Origin: Eledone cirrhosa
Lineage: Eukaryota
Assembly (NCBI GenBank): GCA_964016885.1
Contig: OZ024742.1
Coordinates: 229,090,001-229,154,000 of the forward strand
DNA length: 64,000 bases
Reading direction: 5' to 3'
The notes below the pieces were generated by a model. The model was not told where the DNA came from, did not search any database, and saw only the letters and a program-made list of their open reading frames with translations. Made by a program: the position numbers and the translations under genes. Of the stretch, positions 37,215 to 52,500 are shown piece by piece. The first letter of the stretch is position 1; each line of letters opens with the position of its first letter.

Positions 37215-37625
37215 TAAACCCTAGCAGAAAGAGGTGGGATTTGAATTCTGAATGCACAGAGCCGGATCATATACAGCTAAGCGTACTCTTCCATTTTTTT
37301 AACAATTCCGCCAATCTATCGCCTATGGCCTGATACTTTATTTACCAACCTCGAAAGTATGTAAAGGCAATCTTTGCTTCAGCATGATTAAAACTCAGAG
37401 CACAGTGAACCGGAAGAAAAACATATCTGTCAATTCGCCGCCAGAGTGAGGAGAGATAAACAGAGAAAGGGGAGAAAGAGAGAACTGATACACTACTGGA
37501 TTGGTAATAAAATTACCTATATAATAAAATGTAAAGTTGACCCCAGTGAGATTTGAAATCAAAGCGCAGAGAGCCAAGATAATTACCGAGATATTTAATC
37601 GGACGCTCTAACTAATTGGTCAATC
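37215..37625 (-). mobile_element. Diverged SINE family A fragments
   Basis: GGTGGGATTTGAA..CAATTCCGCCAAT and AAAGTTGACCCCAGTGAGATTTGAA segments. Confidence 0.55.
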
Positions 37626-38534
37626 CCTGGATTTGAGAAAATTATTCATAAATGGATCAGAAAATATGTGTTTATAAATTTAACATGTAAGTTGTTGAGC
37701 ATTTCACTGACATCGAACTCATGACCTTAAGCTAAACACCCTAACTACTACGCCAGGCGTTTTTACAGAGAGACTATATAAAAGTAGTGGAAACATGTTG
37801 GAAGAGGTCATATCTTCTGAGACAGACGAATAAATTAATGTCTAAATCTTTATATTATTATTTGAGTGAAACTTTAGAACGACACCGAAAACAAACAACT
37901 ACATCAGACAGCAACCAATTGGAACAGCAACAATAATGCAATCAACTACAAACACAACATTGATAATAGTATAGACTACAATAATAAAAATGGAAATAAC
38001 AACAACGACAATGATGGCAAAAGCTATAACAACAGCAAGCAGCAAAAATAACACCACCAACAATAATAATAATGACAATAATAATAATAACAATAACGAG
38101 AATGATAGTGGCGAGAAGAATAATATTGTAAAGTGTTTATTTCAATACCAATTATCCAGTAGTAAAGAGAACTACATAGTATACATGGCAATAAGGAAAC
38201 AAAAAATAGAGAGGAAAATAAGAAAAAGAGTGAGAAAAGGGGCATTAAGCAGCGAAAGAAAGGAAAAGGTAGAGGAGGCGACAGGCTCTACACCCCAGTC
38301 TGGGTTATGTTTCAACTGCACCCTGTGGATAAAATGACAAAGGTATTGCTGCGGAAATGGTCAGTAACAGCTACTACAACAGCCACTCCACCACAGGATT
38401 TCCTTCCGAATTAGCAACGCAGGAACCGAGGACACCCGAGGTTTCCAAAGCGACCGCTTTGTTTTCAAAGTTTGGTAAAAGACATATAGTAATTTTTAGG
38501 GAATAGAAAAAGACTTGACTGGTAAAGAGTAGAA

Positions 38535-38672
38535 CTGGTAGAGTGTTTAGAACGTCGGATAGAATGCTAGCGATTTCCTGCCGGCTCTCTGAGCACTCAG
38601 CTCAAAACCCACCTAGGTCAACTTTGCCCTTCATCCTTTCGAGCTACATAGCATAGTACCAGTTCCTTACTG
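38535..38672 (+). mobile_element. Diverged SINE family A fragment
   Basis: AGGTCAACTTTGCCCTTCATCCTTTCG..AGTACCAGT. Confidence 0.55.
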
Positions 38673-38714
38673 GTCCGACGTTTTCCCTATATATCTTTCT
38701 CACTTCCTCTCCGC

Positions 38715-38717
<3 letters not shown>

Positions 38718-38790
<73 letters not shown>
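38718..38790. repeat. (CT)n microsatellite
   Basis: Direct reading. Confidence 0.95.
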
Positions 38791-38977
38791 GTAAGCAATC
38801 AGCTGTGTTCAGACCTCGAGAGGGGATGTGCACCGCTATTTGTCACAACGGCTCCCGATGATCACACCAGAAGTTACGTCTACATGTAAACACATACACA
38901 CTATATTTGTAGTAGACGCCGGCGGATGTAATGTGGCTGAACAAATACTACTAAGAATAAGTCCGCCGCTCTTATAA

Positions 38978-39160
38978 CGTTTCTACTTTTGGCACATGAC
39001 TAGCAGTTACCCCAGTGTATTACTGGTGCTTTATTTTATCGACCCTGTAAGGATGAAAGGCAAAGTTAACCTAGGCGGTTTTGAGATGAGAACGTAAAGA
39101 GCCATAACTCTATGCTGCAAAGCATGGTGTCTGATGCTCGACCGATACTGACAAGCCACT
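38978..39160 (-). mobile_element. SINE family A
   Basis: TTTATTTTATCGACCCTGTAAGGATGAAAGGCAAAGTTAACCT. Confidence 0.8.
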
Positions 39161-39657
39161 AATAACAATAACAGAAAATTAGAATTGAGAGATATTCGTC
39201 TCATAATTGTAAACGATTAAAGCCTCGAGCTGACCATTTGTAAAATGCACCGCTCAATTATGAACAGAATGTATTAAACTGTAATTTCCTTGTCTCTTAC
39301 TGAACGAAAACACTCTGCAAATTAAACTAATAACAAACTGGTACCGCTACGAATAAACACAATCAACTCGGCACATCCTATTCACGTAATAGCACTGAGT
39401 AATGAAACTGGTGCTATACATAGTGTTTATGTGAGTTGAGATGACATTGGTGGCAAGTTGTATCTGCCTTTACATTGGACATCGGTGTCGTGGAGAAGGG
39501 AGAGAGAGCCATGCATGGGCAGCTGCTGGTCTTCCAAAAAAGCACCTCGTCCAGGTTTTCCCTTGTAGACAATCTTTTCCATTGCGGACACATAGTCAGT
39601 AAGGGACTTTAATCCTTTAGCAACTACATTACTCTATATTTACTATTATTTTTTAGC

Positions 39658-39836
39658 AGGCAGTATCGGTAGAGGGTCGGACGCCATGCTTTCCAGAATA
39701 GTTACGTCCCTTTACGATCTGAGTTCAAATCCCGCCAAGGTTAACTTTGCCTTTCATCCTTACGGGGTCGATAAAATAAAGTACCAGTAATGCACTGGGT
39801 ATTTGTTGGCCTTGTGCCTAAAGTAGAAACAATTAT
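39658..39836 (+). mobile_element. SINE family A
   Basis: Close match to 26520-26699. Confidence 0.85.
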
Positions 39837-40047
39837 TTTTTTAGCAGCAAAGGCTTTATCTCAAATAATTATCTCACATAATATCGAATCTCTGATATTT
39901 TGATACTTTTTATTTTGAGAACAATACCTTAACATCAGTATGAGTGGCCAGTTTGAACAGAAAGAAGTGAGAGAATTCTGGCAGGTTACGGCCGGTTGAA
40001 ATGTTAAAGTGTTAAAGTTTCCTTACTATGTCTTTCTCTCTGTAGAA

Positions 40048-40144
40048 GTTACTACTACTACTACTGCCACTACTACTACTGCCACTACTTCCACAGGTGG
40101 TAGTGGTGGTGATGGTGGTGGTAGCGGTAGTAGTTGTGGTGGTG

Positions 40145-40188
<44 letters not shown>

Positions 40189-40388
40189 GCTGCTGCTGCC
40201 ACTACTTCCACAGGTGTTAGTGGTGGTGATGGTGGTGATAGCGGTAATGGTTGTGGTGGTGCTACTACTGCTACTACTACTACTGCCACTACTTCCACAG
40301 GTGGTAGTGGTGGTGGTGGTGGCGATGGTGGTGGTAGCGGTAGTGGTTGTGGTGCTGCTGCTACTACGACTACTACTACTACTACTAT
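40048..40388. repeat. Three-copy compound trinucleotide minisatellite (ACT)n-GCCACTACTTCCACAGGT-(GGT)n
   Basis: Anchor motif at 40081, 40198 and 40285. Confidence 0.9.
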
Positions 40389-40749
40389 AGTTTTCCAATT
40401 AAATAACATTTTATTTCATTAAAATGTATACTAGACACTAAAGAATACGCACACAGAGACACACACATAATCTCATACTTACTACCATACACAAGATCAC
40501 ACACACTTTTCCACATCTCTCTCACTCACGCTCGCCCACACAAACACATACACAGGTAAATACATTCTTTCATTCTCTATCTTTCTCACAAGCAGACAGA
40601 CATTCTCATCTTGCACCCATACCTAAACATACACCTCCCTACAAACACGCACAAGTCTCTCTTCATATATGTCTCTCTCTCTCTCACACAGATATACAGA
40701 TTCTCTTTGTCATATACACATATATACATAAAAAGTCGCTATCTTAACC

Positions 40750-41440
<691 letters not shown>

Positions 41441-41477
41441 GCGACTCAGACAAGAAAACTAAATATGAACTATAATA

Positions 41478-41660
41478 ATGATTTCTAGTGTAGGCACAAG
41501 GCCAGTAATTTGTGGGGAAGGGAAAGTCGATTAAATCGACCCCAGTACGTTACTGGTACTTTATTTTATCGACCCCGTAAAGGATGAAATCCAAAGCTAA
41601 CCTCGGCGAGATTTGAACTCAGAACGTAAATGAACGACAAAGCATGTCGTTCGGCGGATA
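41478..41660 (-). mobile_element. SINE family A (longer 3' variant)
   Basis: AGGCACAAGGCCAG..ACTGGTACTTTATTTTATCGACCCCG..GATTTGAACTCAGA. Confidence 0.8.
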
Positions 41661-41671
41661 TTGCTTCACCG

Positions 41672-41993
41672 TAGGACGACAGTGTGAATGAGAAAGAAAG
41701 TGAGAAAGTTGAAAATACCAGGAGCTGAAGAGAGAAATAAGGAAACTATGAAGAATCATACACGTAGAAGTGGTACCGATTGATGTTGGCACACTGGGAG
41801 CTGTTAGTAAAAGGCTAGATGAATGGCTTGAGAAGCTAGGAATTACCACAAGGTCGGGATTGTTGCAGAAAACAGCCTTGCCAGGAACAGCACCGGAATT
41901 AGAAAGTTAAATGTGAAAGAATGACCCAAAGGACCTTTGGCCCACCCTTTTGGCATAATGTCGGTAAAAAAGCGTTATGAATAATAATGATAA
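41672..41993 (+). mobile_element. R4/Dong-type (RLE) non-LTR retrotransposon 3' fragment
   Basis: Reads NEKESEKVE/YQELKREIRKL*..VEVVPIDVGTLGAVSKRLDEWLEKLGI..LLQKTALPGTA, then a short (TAA)n tail. Confidence 0.78.
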
Positions 41994-43500
41994 TTTTAAG
42001 TGATTTCTCTTATTAGTCAAAAGGGTTCAAGACATTGAGGGACAATAAAAAGATAAAAAGAATACAGAATGGGCAAAGGGGATGACATCGAAGAGGAAAC
42101 AATAACAGAAGTTACAATAAACTATAGTAAATATCATCAATAAGAAGTTCCCCAATTGTGTGCAACATTATGCAAATTCATAGATTTGTAACTAATATTC
42201 TGGATGTGTGAGTGTGTGTCGATGAAACACACATTTACACGAGGTCCTAACACAAGAGAATCAAACTCCCACTGACACTGCCTCCGTCCCTTCCGCCGCT
42301 CTCCCCACCTCTCACTATTATGTGCAAATGTCGGGCCTACGCACTGGCCGCCCCGCGGCTATACTTTAGGGCAAGTCCAGGGAGAAATCCTACACAAAAC
42401 CCGGTTTACTCTTTTTGCTTCAACAATAATAACAATATATAGAGAGAAAGGGAGGGGAGAGAGAAAGATAGTGAAAGAGGGAGAAAGAGAACGTGAGAGA
42501 AAGAGGAAGAGAGATGGTGAGAAAAGGAGGAAGAGAGAGAAGGAGAGAGAAGGATAGAGAGAAAGAGATAGAATGTTCAAAAGAATTAGAGAGAGAATTA
42601 AAAATGACTTTAATTGCCAGATAGTGGAGGTGGAAGAATGTTTAGAAGGATAACATATTCTTTAAGTTCATCTAATGTTTACAACAATTGAATAGATATC
42701 CTGTTGCTTTTTACTGGAAACACTGAATTAGATGACTTTATTTACCAATACACTTTATGATTGAAGTGTATAGAGTCGAAGATGTTTCTTCAGAATTTGA
42801 TGACAAAAGTGATTGTGGTCACGTCAACACATCGATAAATTTCTTAGAGTTGACATTGCCGCATCTGAATGGCATCTCAAATGTTAATATTGAAAATATA
42901 TCGATGGCTTGTTGCGCTCATATATAACCTCTATCAATAATTCTATGAAATAACGCACAAATATTACACGCTGTGAAAGTCATAACAATTTCGCTAAGAT
43001 CTTTCACCATTTCTTTATTTGAAGAAATAAATGTTCAGGATTTACAGAGAGAAAAATTAAAACTACATCCGATATTTTAAGAATTTTATAGAAATATTGA
43101 AGAAAATAGAAAGAAGAGACGAGAAAATGAAAAGAACACAGCATGGTACCAGATATTATCATATTTTATATCTCGTTTATGGTTATAAATAATATATTTT
43201 GAAAGACATTCCAACAGATAAGAATAAGTGTAAAGGAACTCTGTGTAATATAATTTCTCATTTGTCATATTCATATATCAATATGTCTCATATAAAATTA
43301 AAACACTAAAAATCAGTCGAACTTGTCTTTCCCCAGTTAAACTGTTTTGTTTCAGATTCTGTAATGATATTCCCAGCATCGATGAATTTACTACGGTTTC
43401 ATCTGTCGATTTGTCAAATTCGGAATAATATGAGACTAATTGCAATACTGAATCTTCAAAAAATGTTGTTGCAAAAATAAAATAAAATTTAATCCCTCGG

Positions 43501-46500
43501 AATACATGTGTGACACAACTGTGATAATCTTGTTAACTGCAGCTAAGTAATTATATCATAATACCACATGTGTGTGAAACAATGGTGATAGTCTTGTTAA
43601 CTGTAGCTAAGTAATTATATCATAATACGACACATGTGTGACACAACTGTGATAATCTTGTTAACTGTAGCTAAGTAATTATATCATAATACGACACATG
43701 TGTGACACAACTGTGATAATCTTGTTAACTGTAGCTAAGTAATTATATCATAATACGACACATGTGTGAAACAACTGTGATAATCTTGTTAACTGTAGCT
43801 AAGTAATTATATCATAATACGACACATGTGTGACACAACTGTGATAATCTTGTTAACTGCAGCTAAGTAATTATATCATAATACGACACATGTGTGACAC
43901 AACTGTGATAATCTTGTTAACTGTAGCTAAGTAATTATATCATAATACGACACATGTGTGAAACAACTGTGATAATCTTGTTAACTGTAGCTAAGTAATT
44001 ATATCATAATACGACACATGGGTGACACAACTGTGATAGTCTTGTTAACTGTAGCTAAGTAACTATATCATAATACGACACACGTGTGACACAACTGTGA
44101 TAGACTTGTTAACTGTAGCTAAGTAATTATATCATAATACGACACATGTGTGTGATACAACTGTGATAATCCTGTTAACTGTAGCTAAGTAATTATATCA
44201 TAATACGACACATGTGTGATACAGTTGTGATAATCTTGTTAACTGCAGCTAAGTAATTATATCATAATACGACACATGTGTGTGATACAACTGTGATAAT
44301 CTTGTTAACTGTAGATAAGTAATTATATCATAATACGACACATGTGTGACACAACTGTGATAATCTTGTTAACTGTAGCTAAGTAATTATATCATAATAC
44401 GACACATGTGTGATACAGTTGTGATAATCTTGTTAACTGCAGCTAAGTAATTATATCATAATACGACACATGTGTGACACAACTGTGATAATCTTGTTAA
44501 CTGTAGCTAAGTAATTATATCATAATACGACACATGTGTGACACAACTGTGATAATGTTGTTAACTGTAGCTAAGTAATTATATCATAATACGACACATG
44601 TGTGAAACAACTGTGATAATCTTGTTAACTGTAGCTAAGTAATTATATCATAATACGACACATGTGTGACACAGCTGTGATAATCTTGTTAACTGTAGCT
44701 AAGTAATTATATCATAATACGACACATGTGTGAAACAACTGTGATAATCTTGTTAACTGTAGCTAAGTAATTATATCATATACGACACATGTGTGACACA
44801 ACTGTGATAGGCTTGTTAACTGTAGCTAAGTAATTATATCATAATACGACACATGTGTGACACAACTGTGATAATCTTGTTAACTGTAGCTAAGTAATTA
44901 TATCATAATACGACACATGTGTGACACAACTGTGATAATCTTGTAAACTGTAGCTAAGTAATTATATCATAATACGACACATGTGTGACACAACTGTGAT
45001 AATCTTGTTAACTGTAGCTAAGTAATTATATCATAATACGACACATGTGTGACACAACTGTGATAATCTTGTTAACTGTAGCTAAGTAATTATATCATAA
45101 TACGACACATGTGTGAAACAACTGTGATAATCTTGTTAACTGTAGCTAAGTAATTATATCATAATACGACACATGTGTGACACAACTGTGATAATCTTGT
45201 TAACTGCAGCTAAGTAATTATATCATAATACGACACATGTGTGACACAACTGTGATAATCTTGTTAACTGTAGCTAAGTAATTATATCATAATACGACAC
45301 ATGTGTGAAACAACTGTGATAATCTTGTTAACTGTAGCTAAGTAATCATATCATAATACGACACATGTGTGACACAACTGTGATAGTCTTGTTAACTGTA
45401 GCTAAGTAACTATATCATAATACGACACACGTGTGACACAACTGTGATAATCTTGTTAACTGTAGCTAAGTAATTATATCATAATACGACACATGTGTGA
45501 CACAACTGTGATAATCTTGTTAACTGTAGCTAAGTAATTATATCATAATACGACACATGTGTGACACAACTGTGATAATCTTGTTAACTGTAGCTAAGTA
45601 ATTATATCATAATACGACACATGTGTGACACAACTGTGATAATCTTGTTAACTGTAGCTAAGTAATTATATCATAATACGACACATGTGTGTGACACAAC
45701 TGTGATAGTCTTGTTAACTGTAGCTAAGTAATTATATCATAATACGACACATGTGTGTGATACAACTGTGATAATCTTGTTAACTGTAGCTAAGTAATTA
45801 TATCATAATACGACACATGTGTGACACAACTGTGATAATCTTGTTAACTGCAGCTAAGTAATTATATCATAATACGACACATGTGTGTGACACAACTGTG
45901 ATAGTCTTGTTAACTGTAGCTAAGTAATTATATCATAATACGACACATGTGTGTGATACAACTGTGATAATCTTGTTAACTGTAGCTAAGTAATTATATC
46001 ATAATACGACACATGTGTGATACAGTTGTGATAATCTTGTTAACTGCAGCTAAGTAATTATATCATAATACGACACATGTGTGTGATACAACTGTGATAA
46101 TCTTGTTAACTGTAGCTAAGTAATTATATCATAATACGACACATGTGTGACACAACTGTGATAATCTTGTTAACTGTAGCTAAGTAATTATATCATAATA
46201 CGACACATGTGTGACACAACTGTGATAGTCTTGTTAACTGTAGCTAAGTAATTATATCATAATACGACACATGTGTGACACAACTGTGATAATCTTGTTA
46301 ACTGTAGCTAAGTAATTATATCATAATACGACACATGTGTGACACAACTGTTATAATCTTGTTAACTGTAGCTAAGTAATTATATCATAATACGACACAT
46401 GTGTGACACAACTGTGATAATCTTGTTAACTGTAGCTAAGTAATTATATCATAATACGACACATGTGTGACACAACTGTGATAATCTTGTTAACTGTAGC

Positions 46501-49500
46501 TAAGTAATTATATCATAATACGACACATGTGTGACACAACTGTGATAATCTTGTTAACTGTAGCTAAGTAATTATATCATAATACGACACATGTGTGACA
46601 CAACTGTGATAATCTTGTTAACTGTAGCTAAGTAATTATATCATAATACGACACATGTGTGATACAGTTGTGATAATCTTGTTAACTGCAGCTAAGTAAT
46701 TATATCATAATACGACACATGTGTGTGATACAACTGTGATAATCTTCTTAACTGTAGCTAAGTAATTATATCATAATACGACACATGTGTGACACAACTG
46801 TGATAATCTTGTTAACTGTAGCTAAGTAATTATATCATAATACGACACATGTGTGATACAGTTGTGATAATCTTGTTAACTGTAGCTAAGTAATTATATC
46901 ATAATACGACACATGTGTGTGATACAACTGTGATAATCTTGTTAATTGTAGCTAAGTAATTATATCATAATACGACACATGTGTGATACAGTTGTGATAA
47001 TCTTGTTAACTGTAGCTAATTAATTATATCATAATACGACACATGTGTGTGATACAACTGTGATAATCTTGTTAACTGTAGCTAAGTAATTATATCATAA
47101 TATGACACATGTGTGACACAACTGTGATAGTCTTGTTAACTGTAGCTAAGTAATTATATCATAATACGACACATGTGTGATACAACTGTGATAATCTTGT
47201 TAACTGTAGCTACGTAATTATATCATAATACGACACATGTGTGTGATACAACTGTGATAATCTTGTTAACTGTAGCTAAGTAATTATATCATAATACGAC
47301 ACATGTGTGACACAACTGTGATAATCTTGTTAACTGTAGCTAAGTAATTATATCATAATAGGACACATGTGTGACACAACTGTGATAATCTCGTTAACTG
47401 TAGCTAAGTAATTATATCATAATACGACACATGTGTGAAACAGTTGTGATAATCTTGTTAACTGCAGCTAAGTAATTATATCATAATACAACACATGTGT
47501 GATACAGTTGTGATAATCTTGTTAACTGCAGCTAAGTAATTATATCATAATACGACACATGTGTGACACAACTGTGATAGTCTTGTTAACTGCAGCTAAG
47601 TAATTATATCATAATACAACACATGTGTGACACAACTGTGATAATCTTGTTAACTGCAGCTAAGTAATTATATCATAATACGACACATGTGTGACACAAC
47701 TGTGATAGTCTTATACAGTTGTGATAATCTTGTTAACTGTAGCTAAGTAATTATATCATAATACAACACATGTGTGATACAGTTGTGATAATCTTGTTAA
47801 CTGCAGCTAAGTAATTATATCATAATACGACACATGTGTGACACAACTGTGATAGTCTTGTTAACTGTAGCTAAGTAATTATATCATAATACGACACATG
47901 TGTGAAACAACTGTGATAATCTTGTTAACTGTAGCTAAGTAATTATATCATAATACGACACATGTGTGACACAACTGTGATAATCTTGTTAACTGCAGCT
48001 AAGTAATTATATCATAATACGACACATGTGTGTGACACAACTGTGATAGTCTTGTTAACTGTAGCTAAGTAATTATATCATAATACGACACATGTGTGTG
48101 ATACAACTGTGATAATCTTGTTAACTGTAGCTAAGTAATTATATCATAATACGACACATGTGTGATACAGTTGTGATAATCTTGTTAACTGCAGCTAAAT
48201 AATTATATCATAATACGACACATGTGTGTGATACAACTGTGATAATCTTGTTAACTGTAGCTAAGTAATTATATCATAATACGACACATGTGTGACACAA
48301 CTGTGATAATCTTGTTAACTGTAGCTAAGTAATTATATCATAATACGACACATGTGTGACACAACTGTGATAGTCTTGTTAACTGTAGCTAAGTAATTAT
48401 ATCATAATACGACACATGTGTGACACAACTGTGATAATTTTGTTAACTGTAGCTAAGTAATTATATCATAATACGACACATGTGTGACACAACTGTTATA
48501 ATCTTGTTAACTGTAGCTAAGTAATTATATCATAATACGACACATGTGTGACACAACTGTGATAATCTTGTTAACTGTAGCTAAGTAATTATATCATAAT
48601 AGGACACATGTGTGACACAACTGTGATAATCTTGTTAACTGTAGCTAAGTAATTATATCATAATACGACACATGTGTGACACAACTGTGATAATCTTGTT
48701 AACTGTAGCTAAGTAATTATATCATAATACGACACATGTGTGATACAGTTGTGATAATCTTGTTAACTGCAGCTAAGTAATTATATCATAATACGACACA
48801 TGTGTGTGATACAAATGTGATAATCTTGTTAACTGTAGCTAAGTAATTATATCATAATACGACACATGTGTGACACAACTGTGATAATCTTGTTAACTGT
48901 AGCTAAGTAATTATATCATAATACGACACATGTGTGATACAGTTGTGATAATCTTGTTAACTGTAGCTAAGTAATTATATCATAATACGACACATGTGTG
49001 TGATACAACTGTGATAATCTTGTTAATTGTAGCTAAGTAATTATATCATAATACGATACATGTGTGATACAGTTGTGATAATCTTGTTAACTGTAGCTAA
49101 TTAATTATATCATAATACGACACATGTGTGTGATACAACTGTGATAATCTTGTTAACTGTAGCTAAGTAATTATATCATAATATGACACATGTGTGACAC
49201 AACTGTGATAGTCTTGTTAACTGTAGCTAAGTAATTATATCATAATACGACACATGTGTGACACAACCTTGATAATCTTGTTAACTGCAGCTAAGTAATT
49301 ATATCATAATACGACACATGTGTGACACAACTGTGATAGTCTTGTTAACTGTAGCTAATTAATTATATCATAATACGACACATGTGTGACACAACTGTGA
49401 TAATCTTGTTAACTGTAGCTAAGTAATTATATCATAATACGCCACATGTGTGTGACACAACTGTGATAATCTTGTTAGCTGTAGCTAAGTAATTATATCA

Positions 49501-52500
49501 TAATACGACACATGTGTGACACAACTGTGATAATCTTGTTAACTGTAGCTAAGTAATTATATCATAATACGACACATGTGTGACACAACTGTGATAATCT
49601 TGTTAACTGTAGCTAAGTAATTATATCATAATACGACACATGTGTGACACAACTGTGATAATCTTGTTAACTGTAGCTAAGTAATTATATCATAATACGA
49701 CACATGTTTGACACAACAGTGATAATCTTGTTAACTGTAGCTAAGTAATTATATCATAATACGACACATGTGTGACACGACTGTGATAATCTTGTTAACT
49801 GTAGCTAAATAATTATATCATAATACGACACATGTGTGACACAACTGTGATAATCTTGTTAACTGTAGCTAAGTAATTATATCATAATACGACACATGTG
49901 TGACACAACTGTGATAATCTTGTTAACTGCAGCTAAGTAATTATATCATAATACGACACATGTGTGACACAACTGTGATAATCTTGTTAACTGTAGCTAA
50001 GTAATTATATCATAATACGACACATGTGTGAAACAACTGTGATAATCTTGTTAACTGTAGCTAAGTAATTATATCATAATACGACACATGTGTGACACAA
50101 CTGTGATAGGCTTGTTAACTGTAGCTAAGTAATTATATCATAATACGACACATGTGTGTGATACAGTTGTGATAATCTTGTTAACTGCAGCTAAGTAATT
50201 ATATCATAATACGACACATGTGTGTGATACAACTGTGATAATCTTGTTAACTGTAGCTAAGTAATTATATCATAATACGACACATGTGTGTGATACAACT
50301 GTGATAATCTTGTTAACTGTAGCTAAGTAATTATATCATAATACGACACATGTGTGACACAACTGTGATAATCTTGTTAACTGTAGCTAAGTAATTATAT
50401 CATAATACGACACATGTGTGACACAACTGTGATAATCTTGTTAACTGTAGCTAAGTAATTATATCATAATACGACACATGTGTGACACAACTGTGATAAT
50501 CTTGTTAACTGTAGCTAAGTAATTATATCATAATACGACACATGTGTGACACAACTGTGATAATCTTGTCAACTGTAGCTAAGTAATTATATCATAATAC
50601 GACACATGTGTGACACAACTGTGATAATCTTGTTAACTGTAGCTAAGTAATTATATCATAATACGACACATGTGTGACACAACTGTGATAATCTTGTTAA
50701 CTGTAGCTAAGTAATTATATCATAATACGACACATGTGTGACACAACTGTGATAATCTCGTTAACTGTAGCTAAGTAATTATATCATAATACGACACATG
50801 TGTGAAACAGTTGTGATAATCTTGTTAACTGCAGCTAAGTAATTATATCATAATACAACACATGTGTGATACAGTTGTGATAATCTTGTTAACTGCAGCT
50901 AAGTAATTATATCATAATACGACACATGTGTGACACAACTGTGATAGTCTTGTTAACTGCAGCTAAGTAATTATATCATAATACAACACATGTGTGACAC
51001 AACTGTGATAATCTTGTTAACTGCAGCTAAGTAATTATATCATAATACGACACATGTGTGACACAACTGTGATAGTCTTATACAGTTGTGATAATCTTGT
51101 TAACTGTAGCTAAGTAATTATATCATAATACAACACATGTGTGATACAGTTGTGATAATCTTGTTAACTGCAGCTAAGTAATTATATCATAATACGACAC
51201 ATGTGTGACACAACTGTGATAGTCTTGTTAACTGTAGCTAAGTAATTATATCATAATACGACACATGTGTGAAACAACTGTGATAATCTTGTTAACTGTA
51301 GCTAAGTAATTATATCATAATACGACACATGTGTGTGACACAACTGTGATAGTCTTGTTAACTGTAGCTAAGTAATTATATCATAATACGACACATGTGT
51401 GTGATACAACTGTGATAATCTTGTTAACTGTAGCTAAGTAATTATATCATAATACGACACATGTGTGATACAGTTGTGATAATCTTGTTAACTGCAGCTA
51501 AATAATTATATCATAATACGACACATGTGTGTGATACAACTGTGATAATCTTGTTAACTGTAGCTAAGTAATTATATCATAATACGACACATGTGTGACA
51601 CAACTGTGATAATCTTGTTAACTGTAGCTAAGTAATTATTTCATAATACGACACATGTGTGACACAACTGTGATAGTCTTGTTAACTGTAGCTAAGTAAT
51701 TATATCATAATACGACACATGTGTGACACAACTGTGATAATTTTGTTAACTGTAGCTAAGTAATTATATCATAATACGACACATGTGTGACACAACTGTT
51801 ATAATCTTGTTAACTGTAGCTAAGTAATTATATCATAATACGACACATGTGTGACACAACTGTGATAATCTTGTTAACTGTAGCTAAGTAATTATATCAT
51901 AATAGGACACATGTGTGACACAACTGTGATAATCTTGTTAACTGTAGCTAAGTAATTATATCATAATACGACACATGTGTGACACAACTGTGATAATCTT
52001 GTTAACTGTAGCTAAGTAATTATATCATAATACGACACATGTGTGATACAGTTGTGATAATCTTGTTAACTGCAGCTAAGTAATTATATCATAATACGAC
52101 ACATGTGTGTGATACAAATGTGATAATCTTGTTAACTGTAGCTAAGTAATTATATCATAATACGACACATGTGTGACACAACTGTGATAATCTTGTTAAC
52201 TGTAGCTAAGTAATTATATCATAATACGACACATGTGTGATACAGTTGTGATAATCTTGTTAACTGTAGCTAAGTAATTATATCATAATACGACACATGT
52301 GTGTGATACAACTGTGATAATCTTGTTAATTGTAGCTAAGTAATTATATCATAATACGATACATGTGTGATACAGTTGTGATAATCTTGTTAACTGTAGC
52401 TAATTAATTATATCATAATACGACACATGTGTGTGATACAACTGTGATAATCTTGTTAACTGTAGCTAAGTAATTATATCATAATATGACACATGTGTGA

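Noticed and set aside
37899-38337. Asn/Thr-rich ORF
   Set aside because: Low-complexity (AAC/AAT)n sequence without recognisable domains
40009-40422. Thr/Gly-, Ser/Thr- or Pro/Val-rich ORFs (mucin-like)
   Set aside because: Open in four frames because of stop-poor trinucleotide repeats; no splice or domain evidence
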